The notes beneath the pieces were generated by a model that saw only the letters and a list, made by a program, of their open reading frames with translations, ran no database searches and was not told the DNA's origin. A stretch of 63,326 nucleotides of DNA, filler included, from an uncultured Methanosarcinales archaeon (GTDB taxonomy: Archaea > Nanobdellota > Nanobdellia > Woesearchaeales > CALCXY01), in the NCBI GenBank assembly GCA_964385185.1. It is 9 parts of 9 records of this genome, joined end to end, with 100 filler letters (N's around TTAATTAATTAA, not from the genome) between each part and the next. Parts side by side here need not be neighbours in the genome. Positions count along the whole stretch, not along the records: positions 8,435 to 16,664 come from CAYLOA010000039.1; positions 16,765 to 24,924 come from CAYLOA010000040.1; 7 more parts are not named here. One strand, written 5' to 3'. Of this stretch, positions 9,173 through 17,060 are shown in pieces. Each line of letters begins with the position of its first letter. Within the stretch, counting starts at the first letter, position 1. A program made the position numbers and the translations under genes.

Positions 9173-10423
9173 TTATTTGATTATACCTCTCAGTTCAAGG
9201 TAATCTTCGTCTTCAGGATTTGGATCTTGTGGATGCGGTTGTCCATCCTTTTCATGCATGGAAACCTTTCTAATATGGGGCTCATAGCCCTCCATCTCTG
9301 GTTGTGATCTTGTTAATGTAATCCGTACTGTTTTGTCTTCTCCTGCGCTTAATACTTCTGTTCTGGAGGCTCTCCATTGAGATCTATCAGAAGGGTTGAA
9401 GATGTTGTTTAATCCTCGAAGGACTCTATCTTTTCCTTTACCCCAAATATTATTCTTGTGTCTTTCCCACCAACCGCCTTGCTCTTTAGTTTCTCTTACC
9501 GCCATTTGAGTTTCAGAGGCATCTACATCTATCTTTATTCTACCAGATCCTATGGACATGGGACCAACGACTCCATGTTGGTCAGTATATTCATCTGTAA
9601 AGTCTCCTTTTCTTGGTCCTACGATGCCGAACCATTTTGAGAATTTTTTGGCTGGACCTATCGTCACTCTTGCTTTCTCTATAGGGTGCTTATCAATATC
9701 CATTACATAGACAGTTACATTTCCTGGATTTTCATTATCGAGTTCAGTTCCATTTCTAATTCTTTCTCTTCTTGCATCTTCATCATTTCCATTATTGCCA
9801 TTGTTACCGTTATTTCCGCCATCACCACCATTGCCGCCGTTTCCGCCATTACCTCCTTTTCCACCACCGAATGCACTGACTAACATTCCAATTAATCCTA
9901 TGATTAAGAATACCCATCCCCACGCTAAAGCGTTTTGATCATCTGTGAATTGGCCCCAGAAGACTAATGCAAGACCTGCAGCAATAAATGCCATAGGCCA
10001 ATTATGTCCTCCGTTGGAGTCTCTCATACTATACCAGAAGAATGCGAATACTACGAATGCTAGTGCTACTCCACCAAAGAATCCGATAGGGCTTAGAATA
10101 CGTTCTAACGTATCTTGTAATCCCATTCGAGATAATGGCCAGATAATGGCACCTGTGGAAAGTACCGCTAAAGCAACAGCGATTGTTTTACCACTCTTGC
10201 CTCCTGCTATCGATGGTATTCTTGAGAGTCCTGCCATGAATACTCCGTAGAATAATACCATAAGGAAGATAGAAGTTACTGCGAATACGATTGCATCGCT
10301 TTGGAAGAAACTAAACACAATAGTTCCTGCTCTTTCTAAGATTTCATCAAAAGTTGCAGCGGCTACTGCTGGTATGACTAGGAGGAACAACGCTGCTAAA
10401 ATTATTATTTTGTTTAGCTTCAT
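9173..10423 (-). CDS. Multi-pass membrane protein with Gly/Asn linker and soluble C-terminal domain; paralog of 10710-12914
   Basis: Signal peptide plus about 5 TM helices sharing YGV..AGL..IPSI, FFGG.ALA, AL.FWG, WGW, AFGG with the upstream gene; GGNGGN repeats. Confidence 0.8.
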   Translation of the reverse strand: MKLNKIIILAALFLLVIPAVAAATFDEILERAGTIVFSFFQSDAIVFAVTSIFLMVLFYGVFMAGLSRIPSIAGGKSGKTIAVALAVLSTGAIIWPLSRMGLQDTLERILSPIGFFGGVALAFVVFAFFWYSMRDSNGGHNWPMAFIAAGLALVFWGQFTDDQNALAWGWVFLIIGLIGMLVSAFGGGKGGNGGNGGNGGDGGNNGNNGNNGNDEDARRERIRNGTELDNENPGNVTVYVMDIDKHPIEKARVTIGPAKKFSKWFGIVGPRKGDFTDEYTDQHGVVGPMSIGSGRIKIDVDASETQMAVRETKEQGGWWERHKNNIWGKGKDRVLRGLNNIFNPSDRSQWRASRTEVLSAGEDKTVRITLTRSQPEMEGYEPHIRKVSMHEKDGQPHPQDPNPEDEDYLELRGIIK

Positions 10424-10587
10424 TTCCTGAGAACCTCTTTGTTCTTTTCGATAAATTCCTTCATAAACTTTTCTACTTTCTTTGATCGTACTAATCCTTC
10501 TTCATCACATATACCTGAGAATTCTGCGTAGATTTCTTTATCTATTAAGAAGTTGTATCTCTCTTTATTCGACTTGGGTCGTGGCAT
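10420..10587 (-). CDS. Ribbon-helix-helix (CopG/Arc/MetJ-like) regulator, 55 aa, not in ORF track
   Basis: MPRPKSNKERYNFLIDKEIYAEFSGICDEEGLVRSKKVEKFMKEFIEKNKEVLRK; beta-strand, helix, G-x-x-x-S turn, helix; ATGA overlap with the next gene. Confidence 0.75.
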   Translation of the reverse strand: MPRPKSNKERYNFLIDKEIYAEFSGICDEEGLVRSKKVEKFMKEFIEKNKEVLRK

Positions 10588-10709
10588 TGTATATTTTTAC
10601 TTAATTTTAAGTATTTTTGTGTATTACTACATATTTATGTTTATTCATACACACACTATATAAATCTTTTCCTAAATCGTGTGTATTATTGATGTAGTTA
10701 TATATAAAT

Positions 10710-12914
10710 TTATTCATTTTTATTCACACTATCCAATAATATTTGCTCTGATGTCTTGTTAGGGATGTCGACTATATTCCGTCTTGCTCGGGGAGTAGGA
10801 GGGGTTGGTGGGCCCTCAGGTTGGGGTGTACTTGCCTTTAGGAGCACGGTGAGTAGTCCTACTTCTGTTTCTAGCCATCCTATTATCTCTTGTATTCCTT
10901 TGATTATTTCAACAGCTGCATCACTCCAGAATTGTCTTATTAACTCCTCATCTTGGCTCTCTATGCCTTGTAGTAATGTAGCTGCAACATCTGCAAGAGG
11001 AAGTTGTTGGCCACCATGTGTAATTGTAATGCCATCTTGTTTTTCTTGCTGTCCTGTTATTTGTTGGATGACTGTCTGGACGTCAGTATTTGGAGATTGC
11101 TTTTGGAGGATTGTTTGGAGCTCCTTGTTTACTCGAGGATTCATGGCGAGAGCTGTTAATAGTTTTTTCATATCTTCTTTTCTTTCTGTTATGTCTATGA
11201 TTAACCCTGTTGTTTCATCAATCTTACCCTGTTCAGCTTTAAGAATATCCAATATTTGTTTTTTACTCTCTACTAAATCAGGAAAGGATATTTGCTTTTT
11301 ATTGGGATCTGGAGTGGGTGTTTTTTTATTCCAACCCTCAATAATCATAGGGGGTTTGTGTATTAATTTCAAGAGTGTGTCTGCAGCCACCCATACATAT
11401 CCATTCTCTCCCCAGGTAGCTCCCCAACTGTTTCTCAGTTTAAAGGCTTTTACACCTACACCTTGAACAGGATAGTGGGAATGATATCCTACAATATTCA
11501 TTGCATGGCTTCCCCTAGAATGTGGTGTGGTGCTGCCAAAGAATGATTTATTAAATCCACCAATCCATTGTGATGGGACGGAGAGTGCTATAAGGATAGG
11601 ATTTTCTGCTAATAATTCGTGGACCCATTGATCAGGATCTGTTTGATCTAGTGAATAAAAGTTATCTGAAAGTTTGCCTAATGCGTCATTGATTGCATTT
11701 TGATCAGGAATCACACCCCATTTGGTTGAGGGAGCTCCTTCGAAAGGCCAGAGTTGTTCTTCACATACTCCTTTTTGTAGGAGGATAAAGGGAAGTGTTT
11801 CTAGGGGTGCACCCACATCTTGAGCTTGCCACCCATAAGGCTCTCTTGCAAAATAGTATAAGAATAAAGGGCTTAAGTAAGAGGGTTGTTTTCCTGCGCC
11901 TTCTTGTAATACATATTCAAAGATGGCAGATGATGCAAATGCTGTACATGCTGCGATAGAATCTTGACTTCTAATTCCGTTAAATTTAGGGGAGAGATCT
12001 ACTAATATTTCTTGTTCTATAGGAATAGGTGGCTTTTTTGGTTTCTGAGGTGGAGGAGGAGGAGCATTAGGATTGTCTCGTATTCCAAAATTGGAAATAT
12101 CTGGAGGAGTTGGAGGATCGGTAGGATGAGGAGGTGTTGTTGTTGGAGGTGGTTGTTGACCGGGAGGTCTTGGCCCTCCAGGATGTTGTTGTCCAGGAGG
12201 TTGCTGACCTGGTGGTTGTTGTCCAGGAGGTTGCTGACCTGGTGGTTGTTGTCCAGGAGGAGTTGGAGTGGATCCATTATTGCCTGGGGCACCGTTGTTC
12301 GGTGGATGATTGTTATTATGTGGTGGATTGTTATGTATTTCTTGGTAACCTTCTGGTTCATGGCTATCTCCACCGCCAAAAGCTCCAATTAAGAATAGGA
12401 TTAGTGCTAAGATTACTAACATCCAGCCCCAAGTAACAGCATCAGGAGAGTTGGTTAATAATCCCCAAAAAATTAAAGCAATACCTGTTGCAAAGAATGC
12501 AATTTTGTATTTAGCCGCACCTTCGTCTGCTCTGAATGAGAACCAAATAATTCCGAAAATAAATATAGCTAAGGCAATTCCTCCGAAGAAGGCGAAAGGT
12601 GCTAGGAGTTCTCCTAATGAGATTAAGTAACCTCTTCCTACCCCAATTATGCCAAATGCTGCGAGAAGTGCTAGAGCAATTCCGATAACTTTTCTTGTTC
12701 TTGTGTTGCTGTTAATTGAAGGTATTTTTTGTAATCCTGCATTTATTACACCATATAGAAGCATAAAGAAAAAGATAAATGCGATAAACCACATGGCCAT
12801 TTCATTTCTCATAAAATCGAATACGTTATTGGAGAATGTTTCTAGAGGGCCTGCTGATACTCCAGTAGCTAGTAAAAGTGTTGTAAATAGGTATAATACG
12901 CTTTTTTGTTTCAT
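10710..12914 (-). CDS. Membrane-anchored papain-family (C1A) cysteine protease
   Basis: N-terminal multi-TM module, Pro/Gln linker, QDSIAACTAFA (oxyanion Q and catalytic C), SHAMNIVGY (H), LRNSWGATWGENGY (N). Confidence 0.88.
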   Translation of the reverse strand: MKQKSVLYLFTTLLLATGVSAGPLETFSNNVFDFMRNEMAMWFIAFIFFFMLLYGVINAGLQKIPSINSNTRTRKVIGIALALLAAFGIIGVGRGYLISLGELLAPFAFFGGIALAIFIFGIIWFSFRADEGAAKYKIAFFATGIALIFWGLLTNSPDAVTWGWMLVILALILFLIGAFGGGDSHEPEGYQEIHNNPPHNNNHPPNNGAPGNNGSTPTPPGQQPPGQQPPGQQPPGQQPPGQQHPGGPRPPGQQPPPTTTPPHPTDPPTPPDISNFGIRDNPNAPPPPPQKPKKPPIPIEQEILVDLSPKFNGIRSQDSIAACTAFASSAIFEYVLQEGAGKQPSYLSPLFLYYFAREPYGWQAQDVGAPLETLPFILLQKGVCEEQLWPFEGAPSTKWGVIPDQNAINDALGKLSDNFYSLDQTDPDQWVHELLAENPILIALSVPSQWIGGFNKSFFGSTTPHSRGSHAMNIVGYHSHYPVQGVGVKAFKLRNSWGATWGENGYVWVAADTLLKLIHKPPMIIEGWNKKTPTPDPNKKQISFPDLVESKKQILDILKAEQGKIDETTGLIIDITERKEDMKKLLTALAMNPRVNKELQTILQKQSPNTDVQTVIQQITGQQEKQDGITITHGGQQLPLADVAATLLQGIESQDEELIRQFWSDAAVEIIKGIQEIIGWLETEVGLLTVLLKASTPQPEGPPTPPTPRARRNIVDIPNKTSEQILLDSVNKNE
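12186..12260 (-). repeat. Intragenic tandem repeat encoding (PPGQQ)5
   Basis: 30-nt unit TTGTTGTCCAGGAGGTTGCTGACCTGGTGG repeated 2.5 times. Confidence 0.9.
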
Positions 12915-13000
12915 TCGTAGCGTGTGTATTATTCAACATTTGTACTTACTCATATATAAGGTTTTTGGATAAATTTTTTGGATTACGTAAAAACAGTGGA

Positions 13001-13068
13001 GGCATGCCCAGTGGAGCTTTGCTCCACAGGGTCTCAAGTTGTTGCACAACATTGAGACACAGCATGCC
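13001..13068 (-). repeat. Structured intergenic element E (three-way junction)
   Basis: GGCATGC/GCATGCC closes hairpins GTGGAGC-TTT-GCTCCAC and GTCTCAA-GTTGT-TGC-ACAAC-A-TTGAGAC; strand assigned only by topology. Confidence 0.65.
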
Positions 13069-13069
13069 A

Positions 13070-13095
13070 ACTCTCGCAGTCTTACGACTGCGAGT
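13070..13095 (-). repeat. Palindromic repeat identical to 7816-7841
   Basis: ACTCTCGCAGTCTTACGACTGCGAGT, exact 26-nt match on another contig. Confidence 0.85.
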
Positions 13096-13130
13096 GGTAG
13101 GCTTCGCCTTCTGTACAGGGGTATTTTTAT

Positions 13131-13213
13131 CACTGGGCTTTGTCCTTGTGAATACCACGATGAGTGGTATTTACAGAAGGACAGGCTCACTGTGTGAGCC
13201 ACCAAGCCCAGTG
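13131..13213 (+). repeat. Structured intergenic element A (three-way junction)
   Basis: P1 CACTGGGCTT/AAGCCCAGTG; P2 GTCCTT-GTGAATACCAC...GTGGTATTTAC-AG-AAGGAC; P3 GGCTCAC-TGT-GTGAGCC. Confidence 0.8.
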
Positions 13214-13251
13214 GCTACAAGAAGATCATTTCAAATTACTTACAAAATTAT

Positions 13252-13620
13252 CTAAAACATAAAGGCGCCGATGATGAGAAGTATTCCAATAATGACAAAA
13301 ACTACGTTAATTATTGTGCCTTGGACCCATCCTACTAAAGGTGTTAGCATGTTTAATACTCTGAGAACACCTGCTCCGCCGAATACAATCCCTAGGCCCA
13401 TAGATGTCCATGCCATGGCAGGTGCTAGCGCAAACTGGAAGACTCCATCGATGAATAAATAGATTCCTGCAACTGCTAGAACAATTAAAAGAATTAATTC
13501 TGGAATTTCTGGTAAAGAGAAACCTAGAATGCCGAAAGAGTTGAGTAGAGGAATTCCTCCTAAAACAAGTAATATAATACCTGTAATGGTACTAATAATT
13601 GATTTAGGTCCTTCAAACAT
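13252..13620 (-). CDS. Four-TM hypothetical membrane protein
   Basis: Highly hydrophobic ORF; ATG at 13620 (MFEGPK) lies downstream of a TATA-like box. Confidence 0.75.
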   Translation of the reverse strand: MFEGPKSIISTITGIILLVLGGIPLLNSFGILGFSLPEIPELILLIVLAVAGIYLFIDGVFQFALAPAMAWTSMGLGIVFGGAGVLRVLNMLTPLVGWVQGTIINVVFVIIGILLIIGAFMF

Positions 13621-13748
13621 ATGTACTTTTAGGGAGGGAAGTATATAAAAGTTTTGGGTTGGCAAGCTTAGAATATGAATCCCCAAGTCACTCGTTATCA
13701 GATTGGTGGAAACAAATGTTTAAATACCAGTTATTTCAAAGAAGAGGT

Positions 13749-14234
13749 ATGTTTACACTAAAGGGAAGGATTAACAAAGTAGAACGACAGAGTTCTTGGT
13801 TAGGTCGAAAAGTATATCAATGGCGAATTGACATCCCGGGTGGTTTAACTAAAGGTAGGATCTGGGTCGATGATGTCATTAAACAGCAGATAGATGCAGA
13901 ACTCCAGGTCGAGAACATACTCAAGGGTAAAAATGCTCAATTGAGAGATGCTAAAGCTGAATTACGAGGACTGACTATAGAAGTAAAAAATGCCAAAAAA
14001 GAAAACATAGCAGGGTCTCAACAGACTATCCAAATGATAGAAACTAGGATTGTTAAAGTTCAAAAAATTATTGAGTTATTAAAATCTAATATTAAACAAA
14101 TTTTAAAGGAAAGAAGATCGGGAGAAAATTTACTTGGGGCAAATGTTAGTCTATATGTGGAGTCCACAAAGAATACTAAGATTGTAAAAGATACTAAATC
14201 TCAAAAGGGTAAACTTGCAAGAGAGGCAGCTTAA
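13749..14234 (+). CDS. Hypothetical coiled-coil protein
   Basis: ATG preceded by GAGGT; abuts the PAC2 gene. Confidence 0.6.
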   Translation: MFTLKGRINKVERQSSWLGRKVYQWRIDIPGGLTKGRIWVDDVIKQQIDAELQVENILKGKNAQLRDAKAELRGLTIEVKNAKKENIAGSQQTIQMIETRIVKVQKIIELLKSNIKQILKERRSGENLLGANVSLYVESTKNTKIVKDTKSQKGKLAREAA

Positions 14235-14942
14235 ATGCACATCGACCTTTTCAAAAAGCCAACCAATGTTACTATCATAGAAGGTTTTCCAGGGTTTGGA
14301 TTGATTGGAAGTATTGTGACTGATTTTCTTGTAGATCATTTAGAATGTGAATTAATTGGACGGTTTTTATTTGAAGATCAACAGTCTACCGTAATGATCC
14401 ATAAAGGAAAAGTTACTGAGCCTTTAGGAATATTTTATAATAAAAAGTTTAACTTAGTCATTATTCATTCTGTTGTAGCTGCTCAAGGGATTGAGTGGAG
14501 AGCTGCAGATGTGGTTTTAGATGTGGCCAAACAACTAAAGGCTAAAGAAATAATCTCTGTTGAAGGGGTGGGTAGTAGTATGCCATCTCAGACTACGAAT
14601 GTATTTTATTATACGAATAAAAAAGGTAAAATTAAGGTTTTAGAACAAATTGGATTAAAGCCTTTGAATGAAGGTATTATTATGGGAGTTACTTCAGCAA
14701 TGATGTTAAAGGTAAAATTACCCTTTACTTGTATTTTAGCTGAGACTCATTCTGCCTTGCCCGATTCTAAAGCTGCAGCAAAAATTATTGAATATTTGGA
14801 TAAAATGGTGGGATTGAAATTAGATCCTGCGCCTTTAGTTGAACAAGCTGAAAAGTTTGAGAGTAAATTAAAGGGAATGATGACAAAGAATCAAGAAGCT
14901 CAAGATTTACAAGAAAGAAAACAGATGAGTTATGTAGGATGA
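14235..14942 (+). CDS. PAC2-family proteasome assembly chaperone
   Basis: IIEGFPGFGLIGSI, GIIMGV, PDSKAAAKIIE; C-terminal SYVG. Confidence 0.88.
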   Translation: MHIDLFKKPTNVTIIEGFPGFGLIGSIVTDFLVDHLECELIGRFLFEDQQSTVMIHKGKVTEPLGIFYNKKFNLVIIHSVVAAQGIEWRAADVVLDVAKQLKAKEIISVEGVGSSMPSQTTNVFYYTNKKGKIKVLEQIGLKPLNEGIIMGVTSAMMLKVKLPFTCILAETHSALPDSKAAAKIIEYLDKMVGLKLDPAPLVEQAEKFESKLKGMMTKNQEAQDLQERKQMSYVG

Positions 14943-15304
14943 GAAAAATACTATTATTGGGATTAGTTGTTTTATTATTAGCTTGTACTCCTGTGGATGA
15001 TCATGATTCTGTAGATCATTCCCATGATGGAGATGATGATCATGATCTACCTCCTGCGCCAGACGTTCCTGGGAATGATGTGGGACTGACTCCTGCTGTG
15101 TGTAATGCAGCTGGGGGGAATTGGAATGAGTGTGGAAGTCCTTGTGCTGGGACTAATTCTGACTTTTGTATACAATCTTGCGAAGCCATGTGTGAGTGTG
15201 GTGGAATAGCTGGGTTTGGCTGTCCTGATGGTTATACTTGTCGTTTAAGTGGTACTATTGCTGATGAGATGGGTAAGTGTGTTGAAGAACATGGGCGAGA
15301 ATGA
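14939..15304 (+). CDS. Cys-rich lipoprotein with His/Asp-rich linker
   Basis: Lipobox LLAC, DDHDSVDHSHDGDDDHD, C-x3-GG-x-W motif, CGGIAGFGCPDGYTC. Confidence 0.7.
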   Translation: MRKILLLGLVVLLLACTPVDDHDSVDHSHDGDDDHDLPPAPDVPGNDVGLTPAVCNAAGGNWNECGSPCAGTNSDFCIQSCEAMCECGGIAGFGCPDGYTCRLSGTIADEMGKCVEEHGRE

Positions 15305-15570
15305 GTCAAAGAACTGAAGCTTTGATGAGGATTGTTGTTGCGATAGTATCTGGTATCCTTTTAGGTTTATGGAGAGGTTTGATTCAGATTCTAGGCGTGT
15401 ATCATTTTTTTCATGTGTTAATTTCTGGGAAAAGGATTAGAGGGTTGGCTGATTTTTCTGAAATTTGGAATACGCAGATTTATAGATTCTTGAAATATAT
15501 GACTTTTGTTTCTAATAAAAGACCTTTTCCTTTTGAAGGTTTAGGGGATAATGTTAGTGAGTTTGAGTGA
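15301..15570 (+). CDS. DUF4389-like small membrane protein
   Basis: Two TM segments, LISGKR..GL..F, Y.TFVSNKRPFPF signature. Confidence 0.7.
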   Translation: MSQRTEALMRIVVAIVSGILLGLWRGLIQILGVYHFFHVLISGKRIRGLADFSEIWNTQIYRFLKYMTFVSNKRPFPFEGLGDNVSEFE

Positions 15571-15575
15571 AATAG

Positions 15576-16208
15576 CTAAAATTTAAAAGCTTGCATGAGC
15601 AATTGGAGATCTTTTTCTTCTATTACAAACATCGTATCTGTCCAGGAACTCATGGTATCTACAATATTCACATCGTGTTCGTATAAGGCTGTACATAAGG
15701 TTGCCATTACCCCTTTAACATGCTCAATATCTTTATTTGTTTTGATGGTAACTAAAACCAAATCTTCAGTAGTTTTTATGATGTCATTTTTTAGGATTTT
15801 TTTGAGTTTACCCAGATGCTTATTGGATGCAATTATAGTTGTAGTTGTAGTTCCTTCGATAATGTAGATAATATCATTTTTACTCCTTATTTCTTGTTCT
15901 AGGGCAATTACTTTTTTTAATGCTGTTTTTTCAGCAGCGATAGTGCAGATTTTATTCTTAAACTCTAGTTCAGAATTTCTAATGAGCTCAAGAATTTTAG
16001 TTTCATGGACTGTATCTTGTTTTAATTTTTCTTTTAATCGTATGGTGGCCATTAAGATAGCTTCTTTGCTGGTTTTTTTCTGGATGTTTAGTTCTTTTGA
16101 TAGAAGACGTGCCAGGGAAGAATAATTTAGTATCCCTTTGACTAAGGCATCTTTAATACTTGGATGGCTCATAATATATTTTTCAGTTAGTTCTGCTGTT
16201 GTTGGCAT
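15576..16208 (-). CDS. ACT-domain regulatory protein (archaeal HTH+ACT type)
   Basis: N-terminal GILNYSSLARLL; C-terminal ACT GVMATLCTALYEHDVNIVDTMSSWTD. Confidence 0.8.
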   Translation of the reverse strand: MPTTAELTEKYIMSHPSIKDALVKGILNYSSLARLLSKELNIQKKTSKEAILMATIRLKEKLKQDTVHETKILELIRNSELEFKNKICTIAAEKTALKKVIALEQEIRSKNDIIYIIEGTTTTTIIASNKHLGKLKKILKNDIIKTTEDLVLVTIKTNKDIEHVKGVMATLCTALYEHDVNIVDTMSSWTDTMFVIEEKDLQLLMQAFKF

Positions 16209-16371
16209 ATAGGTATAAAAATAACAATATTATATAAATATTACTAATTTGTTGTATATATAACAATTTCTAACCTAAGTGTGTGATATTGCTCATCGAT
16301 TATAAAGGTTAGTTAGAGTATCTTCATATCATACTATGTTCACAATAAAGTGAACAAGTGGGGAAAATAAA

Positions 16372-16659
16372 ATGACTATAACAAAAACAATGCAAGGGGC
16401 GTGTAAAAATGTCCAAAATAAGGGACTGGCAACAATAGTTGCAACAACTATGGCTGTAGATGATGCTATGGCAGATTTTAGCTTTCCTATGCCTAAGAAC
16501 ATTCCTGAGTATCAGGATGCAGCTTGGCAGCTACAGCAAACAATTGATAATACGTATGTTGGCCAGATGATGGTGAGTGTATACGCAGCCTTGGCGATAG
16601 GTATTGCTGTAGTGACATATATGAATCAGCCATATAATGGACAAGAGGAGGGGAAATAA
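16372..16659 (+). CDS. Hypothetical membrane protein
   Basis: 95-aa ORF with SD-like GGGG and a C-terminal TM segment. Confidence 0.5.
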   Translation: MTITKTMQGACKNVQNKGLATIVATTMAVDDAMADFSFPMPKNIPEYQDAAWQLQQTIDNTYVGQMMVSVYAALAIGIAVVTYMNQPYNGQEEGK

Positions 16660-16664
16660 AATGG

Positions 16665-16764
16665 NNNNNNNNNNNNNNNNNNNNNNNNNNNNNNNNNNNN
16701 NNNNNNNNTTAATTAATTAANNNNNNNNNNNNNNNNNNNNNNNNNNNNNNNNNNNNNNNNNNNN
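16665..16764. other. Artificial contig linker
   Basis: N44-TTAATTAATTAA-N44. Confidence 0.98.
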
Positions 16765-17021
16765 GCAATGGTTCCTCCTGTGTGGAGGATGGTTATTGTT
16801 TTAAGTTTTTTATTGGTTGGTTGTTTTTTTGGTGATGGGGAGGGAGTTTCTTTATGTGGTTCTAAGACGGTTATCTTTTTTACTTTGTTTTTGTTAATTC
16901 CTATGTTATAACCTGAGGAGAGTTTTAGAAATACTGATTGTTGATCCTCAGAAGGCATTATTAATCCTTCATAGGTCTTTGTAGTAGTTTTTATTTTTAC
17001 TGTATCTCCGGGTTTTGCCAT
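16765..17021 (-). CDS. gatD: Glu-tRNA(Gln) amidotransferase subunit D, N-terminal part (cut by contig end)
   Basis: GD.V.I...YEG..MP...KL.SGYNIG N-domain followed by the asparaginase motif ILHTGGTI. Confidence 0.9.
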
Positions 17022-17060
17022 AGCGTATAGAGAAGGTGTATTTTATTTAAGGTTTATTGT

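Noticed and set aside
10756..12436. Long antisense ORFs over the protease gene (likewise over cdc48 and topA)
   Set aside because: Shadow frames caused by codon bias and repeats on the opposite strand of clearly identified genes.
12993..13213. SRP RNA, RNase P RNA, tRNA or hammerhead ribozyme
   Set aside because: No SRP helix-8 motif, no RNase P GAGGAAAGTCC, no T-loop or cloverleaf, and no CUGANGA/GAAA junction core found on either strand by eye.
12933..13255. ORFs 12933-13205, 12946-13158 and 12965-13255
   Set aside because: They overlap the GC-rich palindromic cluster, which suppresses stop codons; the translations are not protein-like.
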